A DNA stretch of 54,768 nt, counting the filler, from Squatina squatina (Eukaryota), in the NCBI GenBank assembly GCA_031763465.1. It is 3 parts of 3 records of this genome, joined end to end, with 100 filler letters (N's around TTAATTAATTAA, not from the genome) between each part and the next. Parts side by side here need not be neighbours in the genome. Positions count along the whole stretch, not along the records: positions 1 to 20,282 come from JARFOE010000062.1; positions 20,383 to 34,306 come from JARFOE010000192.1; 1 more part is not named here. One strand, given 5' to 3'. The notes below the pieces were generated by a model, which was given only the letters and a program-made list of their open reading frames with translations, was not told the origin of the DNA and made no database searches. This document shows positions 10,694 to 21,119 of this stretch, piece by piece. Numbering within the stretch: position 1 is the stretch's first letter; each line of letters begins with the position of its first letter. The translations under genes were made by a program, and so were the position numbers.

Positions 10694-11042
10694 CCAGAGA
10701 CAGCTCATTGATACACCTGTCGACCATCGCATAATGGCACTTAGTCCCTAAACAGTCTCTGCTCAAGAACATTCTCAAAGGAGCAGTCTCCACCAGCATT
10801 TTCTTACTCTTTTAATATGAAGCTACACAAAAAAATATAAAAAATAGCTTTACATCCTATAATGCTTCTACTGCTTTGCAGAATCGATCGTCAGTCTCTG
10901 GAATGATAGTTGAGGATGAACATTACTGCAGGAAAAGAAAGTTACGCAGATTGCTGTGTAATCATTACAGAAGCATTGCACATGGGTGGTGAAGGTTATT
11001 CCAATGGACAGTGCACCAGTTTAATACAGCGAGAGAGGTTCC

Positions 11043-11232
11043 TGGAACTGACAGGACACCACTTTTAAAGAGAGACAGGATGATCAGGGGCTAATCGCAC
11101 ATCCCTTTGAAACAGGCAAAGATTGATCCTGGACTGACAGCACATTCCTTTCAAAGGAACACAGAATGATCTGGGACTGACAGCACACCCGGTTTAAACA
11201 GGCAGAGAATGATCCTGCATTGACAGCACAGC
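11043..11232. repeat. degenerate 43-bp tandem repeat, about 4.5 copies
   Basis: tgacag anchor at 11049, 11135, 11178 and 11221, with a diverged unit near 11092. Confidence 0.7.
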
Positions 11233-11842
11233 TGAATTTGCTCTCGTCTTACACAGACTAACACCAGGAATGATGCAGAACTGTGAGTGGAACCATTTTA
11301 AAGAGACAGAGACTGGTCTCGAACTAACAACGATCTCGATTATGATTAGCAGCGAAGACAGAGGCCTTACCCTTTCTTCTAAGGAAGTTTCGTGCTCAAC
11401 CCGGCTATTTTGTTACCAATGTCCGTCCCTGCTTTTGCTCCACTTGGCTGGCGATCGTTCCAGCAAGTCTTAACGTATCGTCTGGTTTCAAAGCACCAAT
11501 TCAGCTTGATGTGAATAGGACAGCGGGAAGCAGAGCAAACATAACGGCATAAGTCGGTGAAAGTGAATGTTAGATTAAGCTAATAGCACAGAAAAGCGAA
11601 AATGCAATGGAAGAAGGAAGGTAAAGGAGGGCGATTGATTCTGGAAGGAAGGAAAACTTGGGAGAAGAGGTGGCTTTGCATTTTGGAGCATCAAACTCAG
11701 GCATGTGAGAGCACAGGGCTTTGAAGGAGTAAATCGGTTTTCACAGCCATCAATGGAATATTTGTTCCGTGTTGTAAAAATTGATTTTTCGCTATGCTGC
11801 ATTTGCAGGTGCCACAGAGGACAGATGACATAAAGCGAGCTG

Positions 11843-11916
11843 TGCCGTGACTCAGATTCAGATTTGGGGGTCACTGCAGCCACAACACACTGTAACAACT
11901 GCTATATGATCACGGC
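11843..11916 (-). pseudogene. tRNA-His(GTG) pseudogene
   Basis: tgccgtgactcagattc...ctgcagccacaacaca...tatatgatcacggc matches the reverse complement of tRNA-His; acceptor stem GCCGTGA/TCACGGC retained. Confidence 0.8.
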
Positions 11917-12029
11917 ATCACATACCAGCTGCTGTATCTTTGCTCTGACCATAGCAATGTCCCACATGTCACTGTTTACGAAAAATGGATTTTTGATGAA
12001 GTGGCCAAAATCAGCTCAGCCAGAAATTA

Positions 12030-12106
12030 TGACAGCGATGGAATTCGACCGACACCCCACAGCGACTGGAGCCTTAACACAGAATGGCAGCTCATGCCAC
12101 AGTGGT
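12030..12106 (-). pseudogene. tRNA-Leu(AAG) pseudogene
   Basis: tgacagcgatggaattcga...gactggagccttaa matches the reverse complement of tRNA-Leu(AAG); 5' part decayed. Confidence 0.65.
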
Positions 12107-12180
12107 TCCAAATAAGAGGATTGTCGCCCTTGCACACGGCAAGAAACTCACCTCTGGAGGGTCGAAAAGTTAAAACTATA

Positions 12181-12254
12181 AGGTCCCGCTGGGAATCGAA
12201 CCCAAGATCTCCTGTTTACTAGACAGGTGCTTTGACCAGCTAAGCCACGGGACC
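12181..12254 (-). tRNA. tRNA-Thr(AGT), apparently intact
   Basis: GGTCCCGTGGCTTAGCTGGTCAAAGCACCTGTCTAGTAAACAGGAGATCTTGGGTTCGATTCCCAGCGGGACCT; all four stems pair, A and B boxes intact, T4 run just downstream (12172-12175). Confidence 0.92.
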
Positions 12255-12695
12255 AACACACCTGAGTAAGTTCCCTCCAGACCTCACTGATTTATATTAA
12301 TCAGCCGTCACTGCCTGTTGCAGTCTGAGGCCGTTTTGTGTTCATCCACCTCTCTCGTCTGTTCCGCCATGTGTCCCGATGTTGTCTGTATCTCTCGCTG
12401 TTTTTATCTCAGTGTCAATCTGTGAGTTGATTCTGAATGAATATCTTTTTTTTACAATAAATAAATAAGGGGATCAGACAATTCTTCCTCTCATATTGCG
12501 GAACGAATGAGCCAACAATGGTAAGAAGATATTGTTTGTTTTGATGCAGCAAATATAATATTCCACAGTGAAAGAATTAGATTCAATTCTCTGCAAAAAG
12601 AAACTATGATCCCACCCTGTCTCCAATAATCCTCCTTTTAATTTGATGTAAGAAACACCACCATTGCACCTCAAGCTAATTCGTAACTAATAAAC

Positions 12696-12732
12696 ATCGA
12701 ATCGGGCTTGCTGCAGCCACAACACACAGTAA
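12696..12732 (-). pseudogene. second tRNA-His fragment
   Basis: atcgaatcgggcttgctgcagccacaacacacagt resembles the T-arm and anticodon part of tRNA-His and of 11843-11916. Confidence 0.45.
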
Positions 12733-12989
12733 CGGTACTTGTAGAAAGGGTTGTGAGACCGTGGAATGCACTGGACTGGAGCAGCAGTTTTAAAACAAGG
12801 TTTAAAACGCGGCAGCGTGTGTGAGGAAGGAGAGAGAGGCCAGTGAGCCCCAGGAAAGGCACAAGTCAGCTTCGGTGGTTTCCCTCTGTCCACAGTATAG
12901 ATGCACACAGCACCGATATTTTTTGCTGTTAAATACGAATTAAATGCAGCCCATGCTTGCAACAGATTCAATTTATGCCCTTTTACTCT

Positions 12990-13355
12990 CATAGGAACAT
13001 AGAAATACGAGGAGTCCATTCAGCCCCACGAGACTGCTCTGCCATTCAATGAGATCAGGGCTGATCTGTACATTAATTCCATCTAACTGCTCTGCCATGC
13101 AATGAGATCGAGGCTGATCTGTACTTTAACTCCCTCTACCTGCGATGATCCCATAAACCTTCATATACTCGCCTAACAAAATCGATCAATCACAATTCTG
13201 AAATTGTCCATTGAGTCACAGCCTCAGCAACTTTTTGGGCGAGAGTGTTGAAGATTTCAACTAATCTCTGTGTGAAGAATTGCCCCCTGCACGGGATGGC
13301 TTCAAGTGTATGGTTATCACCCATTGTACTGGACCCTCCCACCAGAGTAAATAGA
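12990..13355 (-). mobile_element. CR1 3' fragment with internal duplication
   Basis: CR1 3' UTR motifs; gccat.caatgagatc..ggctgatctgtac repeated at about 13040 and 13093. Confidence 0.7.
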
Positions 13356-13501
13356 TTCTCCAGCTTACACGTACTTGTTTGTTGCTCTGACCAAGTCCAC
13401 ACAGCAGGACATTAATTGTCTGTCTGATCCTGTCACTCGAATTTAGATTTTGGGCCCATTCCCATCACAAAATAAAGGATTCAGAATCATTAGACATGGC
13501 A

Positions 13502-13593
13502 GGCTCTCTGGCACAATGATTAACATGTTGGACATTTAATTAATGGAGGCAAATTTCATTTAAAAGGTTGTGGGTTCCCGTTCCACCTGAGTG
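13502..13593 (+). pseudogene. intron-containing tRNA-Arg(TCT) pseudogene
   Basis: GGCTCTCTGGCACAATGATTAACATGTTGGAC, then an intron-length insert, then ATTTAAAAGGTTGTGGGTTCCCGTTCCACCTGAGT; matches the vertebrate Arg-TCT layout. Confidence 0.7.
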
Positions 13594-13857
13594 ACTGTTT
13601 ATTCAGGATCTGGTGATGAACTTTTGCAGCAAAACCACCACCCGTTCGATAATGTTCTTCAAGGAATGGGATTCGCCAATGAGTTTGCTTGAATTGTGAA
13701 AAAGTATCATGCCAATTTCAATCATTTCACCTTTTTGAAATATTTTCTTTACTCCACGTATCCACGTCTCCACAAACATTGTGCTTTACATCCTCCGGAA
13801 CTCAAACATACTCTGTAGTAAAGAAAATCCTCCCTTCTATAATGTTACAAATTTATC

Positions 13858-13934
13858 ATTTGAACCTGGGAACTTCTCCCATCTCAATCAGTGCAACCGC
13901 ACAAGCGAGAATCCAACCCCTCGGCCGAGGAGTC
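13858..13934 (-). pseudogene. tRNA-Pro-derived pseudogene with insertion near the anticodon
   Basis: atttgaacctggga and aagcgagaatccaacccctcggccgaggagtc match the two halves of reverse-complemented tRNA-Pro, about 15 nt too far apart. Confidence 0.55.
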
Positions 13935-14002
13935 GCTGCCAATGAAGCTTTAAGATTCTGCTGCCACCCACAGTCCATCAGCCTTCCTTACAGACCGTTT
14001 GA

Positions 14003-15410
14003 ATAAGAATGTAAGAAATAAGAGCAGGAGCCTGCTCCGCCATTCAATGAGATCATGGCTGATTGATTTTGACCTAAACTTCGCTTTCCTGCCTGTGCCC
14101 CATAACACTTGAAACCTTGCAGTTCAAAAATCTGTCCGTCTTTGCGTTGAATATATTCAATGATTCAGCCTTTACTTCCTCTGAGTAAGGAATTCCAAAG
14201 ATTCATGACCCTCTGAGATCAGAAAGTGCTCCTCAAATCCGTCTTAAATGGGCGACCCCGTGTTCTGAAACTATGCCCCCGAGTGGATTCATCCCATGAG
14301 GGAAACATCTTCTCAGCATCCACCCTGTCGAGCCCCCTCTGAATCTTACATGATTCAATAAGATCACCTCTCAATCTTCTAAACACGAGTGAGCAAAGGC
14401 GAAACTTACTCAGCCTTTCCTCATAAGACAATCATCTCATCTCAGGAATCAACCTGGTGAATCTTTTCTGAACTTCCTCCAAGGCAAATATATCACCCCT
14501 TAAAAATGAGACCGAAACTGCATGCAGCAGTGGTCTCACCACCGCGCTGTGCAGTTGTAGCAAGATTTCCCTACCTTTACACTCAATAAAGGCCTACATT
14601 CCATTTGCCTTCCTAATTACATGCTGTATCTGCATACCAACTGTTTGTGTTTCCAGTACGAGGACACCCAGATCACTCTGTGCCACAATATTCTGTAGTT
14701 TCTCTCCATTTAAGTAATATTCTACTTTGAGAGTTTTCCTACAAAAGTAGATAGACTGAATTTTTTCCATATTATACTCCGTGTGCAAATATTGTGCCCA
14801 TTCGTCTAATCTATCTATATCCCTTCCTCACAACGTACTTTCCCACCTATATTTTTATAGTCTGCAAATTTGGTTACAATGTACTCGGTCCATTCATCCA
14901 AGTCATTAATATAGATTGTAAATAGTTGAGACTCCAGCACTGATCCCTGTGGCACCCCATTAGTTACAGTTTTCCATCCTGAGAATGACCCATTTCTCCT
15001 GAATCTCTGTTTCTGTTAGTTTAGCCAATCCTCTATCCTTGTTAATATAATACCCCCAACACCAAGAGCTCTTATCTTGTGCAGTATTTTTTTACGTGGC
15101 ACCTTATCGAATGCCTTTTTAAAATCCAGATACACTAAATCTACCGGTTCCCCTACATCCACCCAGCTCGTTACAAACTCACAGAACTCTAATAAACTTG
15201 TAAAACACGATTTCCCTTTCATAAAACAATGTTGACTCTGCTTGAATGAATATTGACTTTCTAAGTGACCGACTGTTACTCCCTGACTAATAGATTCAGA
15301 ATTTTCCCAATGACAGATGCAAGGCTAACTGTCCTATAGTTTCCTGTTTTTCTGTCTCCCATCTTTTTTGAATCGTTTTACATTTGTGGTTTTCCAATCC
15401 GGTGGAAGTT
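14003..15410 (-). mobile_element. decayed CR1 LINE (ORF2 RT to 3' end)
   Basis: Minus-strand fragments KGKSCFTSLLEF, LDFKKAFDKVP, SYEERLSKFRL; 3' tail near 14003. Confidence 0.9.
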
Positions 15411-15476
15411 TTCCAGCCGCCAACTGACTCCCAGAATCCACAAGCTTTTTGGGGAAGAGAGTTCAGGATGATTATT

Positions 15477-15548
15477 ACATTTGTGTGATCCTGGTTAGAA
15501 TTCGGCGCTCTCACTACCGTGATGTGTGTACAAATCCCTGTGAGAGAA
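15477..15548 (+). pseudogene. tRNA-Glu(CTC) pseudogene
   Basis: tggttagaattcggcgctctcactaccg versus canonical TGGTTAGGATTCGGCGCTCTCACCGCCG; T-arm decayed. Confidence 0.7.
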
Positions 15549-15689
15549 TTAGCTTTTACAAAAATAATTCAAGTCTGTGGGACATTAATAATTTTTTCAT
15601 CTATCATTTATGAACCCACAACATTTGTTGCTCACTGAAGCAATTGCTAACATGTTTGCTGAGCGTCGGTCAAAGTTTAATAACCTTTT

Positions 15690-15876
15690 ATAGACCCATA
15701 GAATCCATCAGAAGCAGGTCATTTGGCCTATGGTACCTGTGCCGGCTCTTTGAATGAGCTCTCCAATTATTCCCACTCGTTGCCCTTTCACTATCGACCT
15801 GCAAATGTTTCTTTTTCAACGAGATTTCACTTTTGAAAGTTAATATTGAATCTGCTCCCACCACCCTCTCAGGCAG
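15690..15876 (-). mobile_element. CR1 3' fragment
   Basis: Minus-strand translation LPERVVGADSILTFK followed by CR1-type 3' UTR. Confidence 0.65.
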
Positions 15877-16525
15877 ATAAATATTTACACTAATGTTCTC
15901 CAAGTCCCATTTCATACAGCACTTTCTCTGCTTTGCACGTCAAGAACTTTTATCCCTTTTCATTTTACACACTGTGTTTCAGCACTTAGCTTAATAATGT
16001 TCAGTGCTTGTGACACCAGCCATTGTTAGATTTAAAAGGATTGAAGCCCCTTTCTTTGGGATTCTCTGCCTCAAAGTGCCGTGGATGTTCAGTCGGTCAA
16101 ATATTCAAGGCTGAGATCGATAGATTTTGGGACTCTTTGGGAATCCGGGGATCTGGAGATCGGGAAACGCTGTTGGAAGGTCCAGTGACCCGGATATCAT
16201 CTCCCCCGGGGTTTTCCTGAACCTGTGCCTGGTGTATGGGGAGGTTTGGCCCGGGTCCGTGGTCATTTGCATCCCAGGGATGGACAATAATCCTCTGAGC
16301 TATGGAGCTGGGAAACAGCAAATAATTAATAGGTTTGTTTTCGCATCTGAAATGCGGCTCAGATCTGGTGTTGTTAACCAAGGCAGGGACTGCGAGAGAT
16401 TGCATTTTGTTCACGTTTAATCACAGAAATATCCACAGTCAGGAGCTGGAAATGGCGAAGAGCTCAAAAAAACAAGAACAAAGATAAAAAAAATGTGACC
16501 AATTGTGAAAAAGCCTTTAATGTGT

Positions 16526-16588
16526 TTCCTGGGAGTTTCATGGTGAGGGTCACACCGATGTATCCCGGGTCGATTCCTGGTCAGGGAA
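16526..16588 (+). pseudogene. tRNA-Glu pseudogene with internal deletion
   Basis: 3' end cccgggtcgattcctggtcagggaa matches tRNA-Glu, followed by a T8 run; anticodon arm partly deleted. Confidence 0.65.
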
Positions 16589-16931
16589 TTAACTTTTTTT
16601 TAATTCAAGCTCTTTTAAAATAATGCCATGCAACTAATTATACTCGGGGGGTTGGGGGAAATGAATTATTTTAATCATCATTCATGGACCGATAGCGTTG
16701 TTTAGCAGAATGAAGGAAAGACTAACATGGTTACTGAGGGACAGTCGAAACTTCAATAACTGAACTTTATTAATTCCCGAATCTTTAATCTTTGATGAAT
16801 TTTTATCCCCTATCTGATTTTGTACACTGAATTTAATGAGACTTGTTTAACATGTTCACTGCTCATGAGAAAAGGAACCTGGGGCTACTTCCGTTAAATT
16901 TACTTCTCAGAAAAAATATTCACCTAAATAA

Positions 16932-17004
16932 TGTTTCTGCCTGTGCTCGAACTCGGGACCTTTTACGTGTGAGGCAAATATGATAACGGCTACACTACAG
17001 AAAC
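16932..17004 (-). pseudogene. tRNA-Val(CAC) pseudogene
   Basis: Reverse complement GTTTCTGTAGTGTAGCCGTTATCATATTTGCCTCACACGTAAAAGGTCCCGAGTTCGAGCACAGGCAGAAACA; T-stem mispaired, D-loop GG lost. Confidence 0.8.
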
Positions 17005-17175
17005 CTCCGCTAAACTATACACATAGAAAGTGATCAGTGAGCAGCTGAAATGCTGAATCCCTCTTTCTGCAAAATAGTACAGCTTCAACCACCGTGTTTC
17101 CGCAGTGAATCTGAGACATAGACTTTCAGATTCACTCTCTCACAGCCTCTGAGTGTCATGTTCACTTACATACAA

Positions 17176-17372
17176 ACTCTGAGACTCACTGTCACTCACA
17201 GACTCTGAGACTCACTGTCACTCACAGACTCTGAGACTCACTGTCACACACAGACTCTGAGACTCACTGTCACACACAGAATCTGAGACTCACTGTCACA
17301 CACAGACTCTGAGACTCACTCTCACACACAGACTCTGAGACTCACTGTCACACACAGACTCTGAGACTCACT
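17176..17372. repeat. 26-bp minisatellite running into a gap
   Basis: ACTCTGAGACTCACTGTCAC(T/A)CACAG, about 7.5 copies. Confidence 0.95.
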
Positions 17373-17491
17373 NNNNNNNNNNNNNNNNNNNNNNNNNNNN
17401 NNNNNNNNNNNNNNNNNNNNNNNNNNNNNNNNNNNNNNNNNNNNNNNNNNNNNNNNNNNNNNNNNNNNNNNNTATGCTTAACTTGTATAAT

Positions 17492-17890
17492 ACTTTGGAT
17501 AGATCACACTTGAAGTACGGCAGACAGTTCTGGTCTCCATCTACCTTGGTTAGACCACACTTGGAATACTGCGCGCAGTTCTTGTCTCCATCTACCTTGG
17601 TGAGACCACACTTGGAACACTGCGCACAGTTCTGGTCTCCATCTACCTTGGTTAGACCACACTTGGAATACTGCGCACAGTTCTTGTCTCCATCTACCTC
17701 GGTGAGACCACACTTGGAACACTGCGCACAGTTCTGGTCTCCATCTACCTTGGTTAGACCACACTTGGAATACTGTACACAGTTCTGGTCTCTAAATACG
17801 TTGGTTAGACCACACATGGAGTATTGCGCACAGTTCTGGTTTCCATATACCTTGGTTAGACCACACTTGGAGTACTGCGCACAGTTCTGG
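17492..17890 (+). repeat. 51-bp tandem array derived from CR1 ORF2, about 8 copies
   Basis: Each unit encodes TLVRPHLEYCAQFWSPS, the conserved CR1 C-terminal motif also seen at about 3775-3820. Confidence 0.93.
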
Positions 17891-18260
17891 GGGCCGAAAT
17901 TGACTGCAGACACATTTGAAAGGCTGCAGCACTGATTAGCGTCCAAACAGCGCCCGGCGTTAATAGCGCCCAGGAGCTCTGAAATTCGTGAGTGTTTTTG
18001 CAGCTTCCAGGCGTGGCGCTGTTGTAGGCACTGACAGCTGCCTGGAGGTGCTGCAGGGGCACTGTCTTGAATGTATAACACACTTCCATGTGAGCCATCA
18101 CTGTAAAAAAGTGCACACTCACTGCCTTGATTGGTAAGTAGCCTGACTGCTCACACTTCANNNNNNNNNNNNNNNNNNNNNNNNNNNNNNNNNNNNNNNN
18201 NNNNNNNNNNNNNNNNNNNNNNNNNNNNNNNNNNNNNNNNNNNNNNNNNNNNNNNNNNNN

Positions 18261-19625
18261 GGGCCGAGGCCCCACAGTGCAGGGACACCAGGGGAAGGGC
18301 CGAGGCCCCACGGTGCAGGGACACCAGGGGAAGGGCCAAAGACCACATTGTTGGGGCATCACGGGAAGGGCCGCGGCCCCGCATTGCAGGGGAAAGGCCG
18401 AGGCCCCACGGTGCAGGGACACCAGGGGAACGGCCAAGGCCACACAGTGCAGGGACACCAGGGGAAGGGCCGAGGCCACACGGTGCAGGGACACCAGGGG
18501 AAGGGTCGAGGCCCTCACGGTGCAGGGATACCAGGGGAAGGGCCGAGGCCCTCACGGTGCAGGGGAAGGGCCGAGGCCCCACGGTGCAGGGATACCAGGG
18601 GAAGAGCCAAGGACCCACAGTGCATGGACACCAGGAGAAAGCCTGAGGCCCCATAGTGCAGGGGAAAGGCCGAGGCCCCACGGTGCAGAGACACCAGGGG
18701 AAGGGCCAAGTCCCACGGTGCAGGGGAAGGACCAAGGCCCCACGGTGCAAGGACAGTAGCAGAACGGCCAAAGCCCCATAGTGCATGGACACCAGGAGAA
18801 GGGCCGAGGCCCCACGGTGCAGGGACACCAGGAGAAGGGTCGAGGCCCTCACGGTGCAGGGAGACGAGGGGAAGGGCCGAGGCCACACGGTGCAGGGACA
18901 CCAGGGGAAAGACCGAGACCCCATGGTGCAGAGCCACCAGGGGAAGGGCCGAGGCCCCACGGGGCAGGGACACCAGGGGAAGGGCCGAGGCCCCACAGTG
19001 CAGGGGAACGGCTGAGACCCCATGGTGCAGGGACACCAGGGGAAGGGCCGCGGCCCCATGGTGCAGGGACACCAGGGGAAGGGCCAAGGCCCCACTGTGC
19101 AGGGACACCAGGGGAAGGGCCGAGGCCCCAGGGTGCAGGGACACCATGGGAAGGGCCGAGGCCCCACGGTGCAGGGACACCAGGGGAACGGCCAAGGCCA
19201 CACAGTGCAGGGACACTAGGGGAAGGCCCGAAGCCCCACGGAGCAGGGGAAGGCCCGAGGCCCCACGGAGCAGGGGAAGGGCTGAGGCCCCACGGTGCAG
19301 GGACACCAGGGGAAGGGCCGAGGCCCCACGGTGCAGGGGAAGGGCCGAGGCCCCACGGTATAGGGACACCAGGGGAAGGGCCGAGGCCCCACGGTGCAGG
19401 GACACCGGGGGAAGGGCCGAGGCCACACGGTGCAGGGAGACCAGGGGAAGGGCCGAGGCCCCACGGTGCAGAGACACCAGGGGAAGGGCCGTGGCCCCAC
19501 CATGCAGGGGAAGAGTCAAGGCCCCACGGTGCAGGGACACCAGGGGAAGGGCCGAGGCCCCACAGTGCAGGGACACCAGGGGAAGGGCCGAGGCCCCACG
19601 GTGCAGGGACACCAGGGGAAGGGCC
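18261..19625. repeat. GC-rich minisatellite of 36-bp and 27-bp units, bounded by gaps
   Basis: GGGCCGAGGCCCCACGGTGCAGGGACACCAGGGGAA and a variant lacking 9 bp. Confidence 0.96.
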
Positions 19626-19725
19626 NNNNNNNNNNNNNNNNNNNNNNNNNNNNNNNNNNNNNNNNNNNNNNNNNNNNNNNNNNNNNNNNNNNNNNNNNNN
19701 NNNNNNNNNNNNNNNNNNNNNNNNN

Positions 19726-20282
19726 ACTCCCAGTGCCACGTGCCACAGAAATATGAGGATAGAGCAGCTGAATGCGTGGCTGGAGAGGTGGTGTGGAATG
19801 GAGGGCTTTAGATTTCAGAGGCATTGGGACTGTTTTGGGGGCAGGTGGGACCTGTACAAACCGGGCGGGTTACACCTCATCAGTTCTGGGACCAATATCC
19901 TCGTAGGAGAATTTGCTAGTGCTGTTGGGGAGGGTTTAAACTAGCTTGCCAGGGGGATGGGAACCTGAGAGTGGATTCAGAAGGGAGAGAAACAAAACTG
20001 GAAGTGGAAGGCAGAAAATTAGTAAACAAATTTGGAAGGCAGGGGAAACAAATGCCAGCAGCAGATACGATCAAAGTACGGCAAAATAGTAAAAAGGCAA
20101 AATTAAACGCACTTTATCTGAAATGCACACAGCATTCGCAACAAGGTAGATGAATTAATGGCACAAATAGAAATAACTGGGTATGATATTATGGAGACGT
20201 GGTTGCAGGGTGACCAAGGCTGGGAACTGAATGTTCAAGGGTATTCTACATTTAGGATGGATAGGCAGAACAGGAAAGGAGG
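19726..20282 (+). mobile_element. CR1 LINE ORF1 end (SGNH esterase-like) and ORF2 start (APE endonuclease)
   Basis: LNAWLERWCGMEGFRF...DLYKPGGLHLISSGTNIL...GLN*, then frameshifted LNALYL / SIRNKVDEL / ETWLQGDQGWELNVQGYSTFRMDRQNRKG. Confidence 0.88.
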
Positions 20283-20382
20283 NNNNNNNNNNNNNNNNNN
20301 NNNNNNNNNNNNNNNNNNNNNNNNNNTTAATTAATTAANNNNNNNNNNNNNNNNNNNNNNNNNNNNNNNNNNNNNNNNNNNN
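20283..20382. other. artificial concatenation linker
   Basis: N44-TTAATTAATTAA-N44, stop codons in all six frames. Confidence 0.95.
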
Positions 20383-20515
20383 GAATCAAGCAATATGGAG
20401 ATCGGGCAGGAAAGTGGAATTGAGGTTGAAGATCAGCCATGTTCTTATTGATTGCGGAGCAGGCTGAAAAAGGCCGTACGGGCTACGACTGCTCGTAATT
20501 CTTATGTTCCTATGT
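20383..20515 (+). mobile_element. CR1 3' UTR fragment
   Basis: gatcagccatg...ggagcaggct...ttcttatgttcctatg tail. Confidence 0.7.
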
Positions 20516-20987
20516 CCAAAAAGAATGCCCCATCCATTGAGCCAGGCTTTTCAATCAGATGCTTTGTCACAATTAAGCACATCATTGGAACTTGTTTAAA
20601 TAGTACACAGGAAAAGCAATAAATGGCATTCTAAAGTTTTAAATAGAATTTTAAGTCCCAGCTCCAGTTTTTCTTTTTCTGTGGTTCAGTGTTCACTTCC
20701 AAGTTCAAACTCCAATTTTAGATGATTTGTGAGGAACACAACTGTACTTCACAAGAAACACAAAACAGAATTGAGCCAAACCCAACTGAACCATCCAAGT
20801 TCAGGAGGTTTCAACATTCCTTCCCAATCCCTATTTAAAAATGTGACATAAAAATCCCAAATACAGCTGCAGAGCTTGCAATCGCAATCATGAAAGGGAA
20901 TCAAGTTTTAACAGTGAAAAATCTGAGCACCAAACAAATGTGTGTGAAATTACACCATTTTTCGAATACAACTCCAAATTGATTTAC

Positions 20988-21119
20988 CTTCTTAGATTTG
21001 TTCTGACACCAGAGGTGAAGAGCTCCATGGAATGCATGAGCTAATATCATTGATCCATCTGGGCTGAACTGGCAGCCATAGAATCCCAATGTATTTCCAC
21101 CCACTTCTCCAACACGAAC
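20988..21119 (-). CDS. ELP2: Elongator complex protein 2, internal exon
   Basis: 132-nt AG/GT-bounded exon encoding [44 protein letters not shown], matching the ELP2 WD40 segment. Confidence 0.92.

Noticed and set aside
17176-17890. Regular repeats as a possible CRISPR-like array
   Set aside because: Head-to-tail units with no unique spacers, eukaryotic context and no cas genes; the 51-mer is CR1-derived
18131-19944. Long Gly/Pro-rich collagen-like ORFs, up to 387 aa
   Set aside because: Open on both strands because units are multiples of 3; they run through N gaps, and the 387-aa ORF is fused artificially to CR1 ORF1
20327-20338. TTAATTAATTAA palindrome as a regulatory or recombination site
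   Set aside because: Centred in exactly 44+44 Ns and repeated at 34351; synthetic linker
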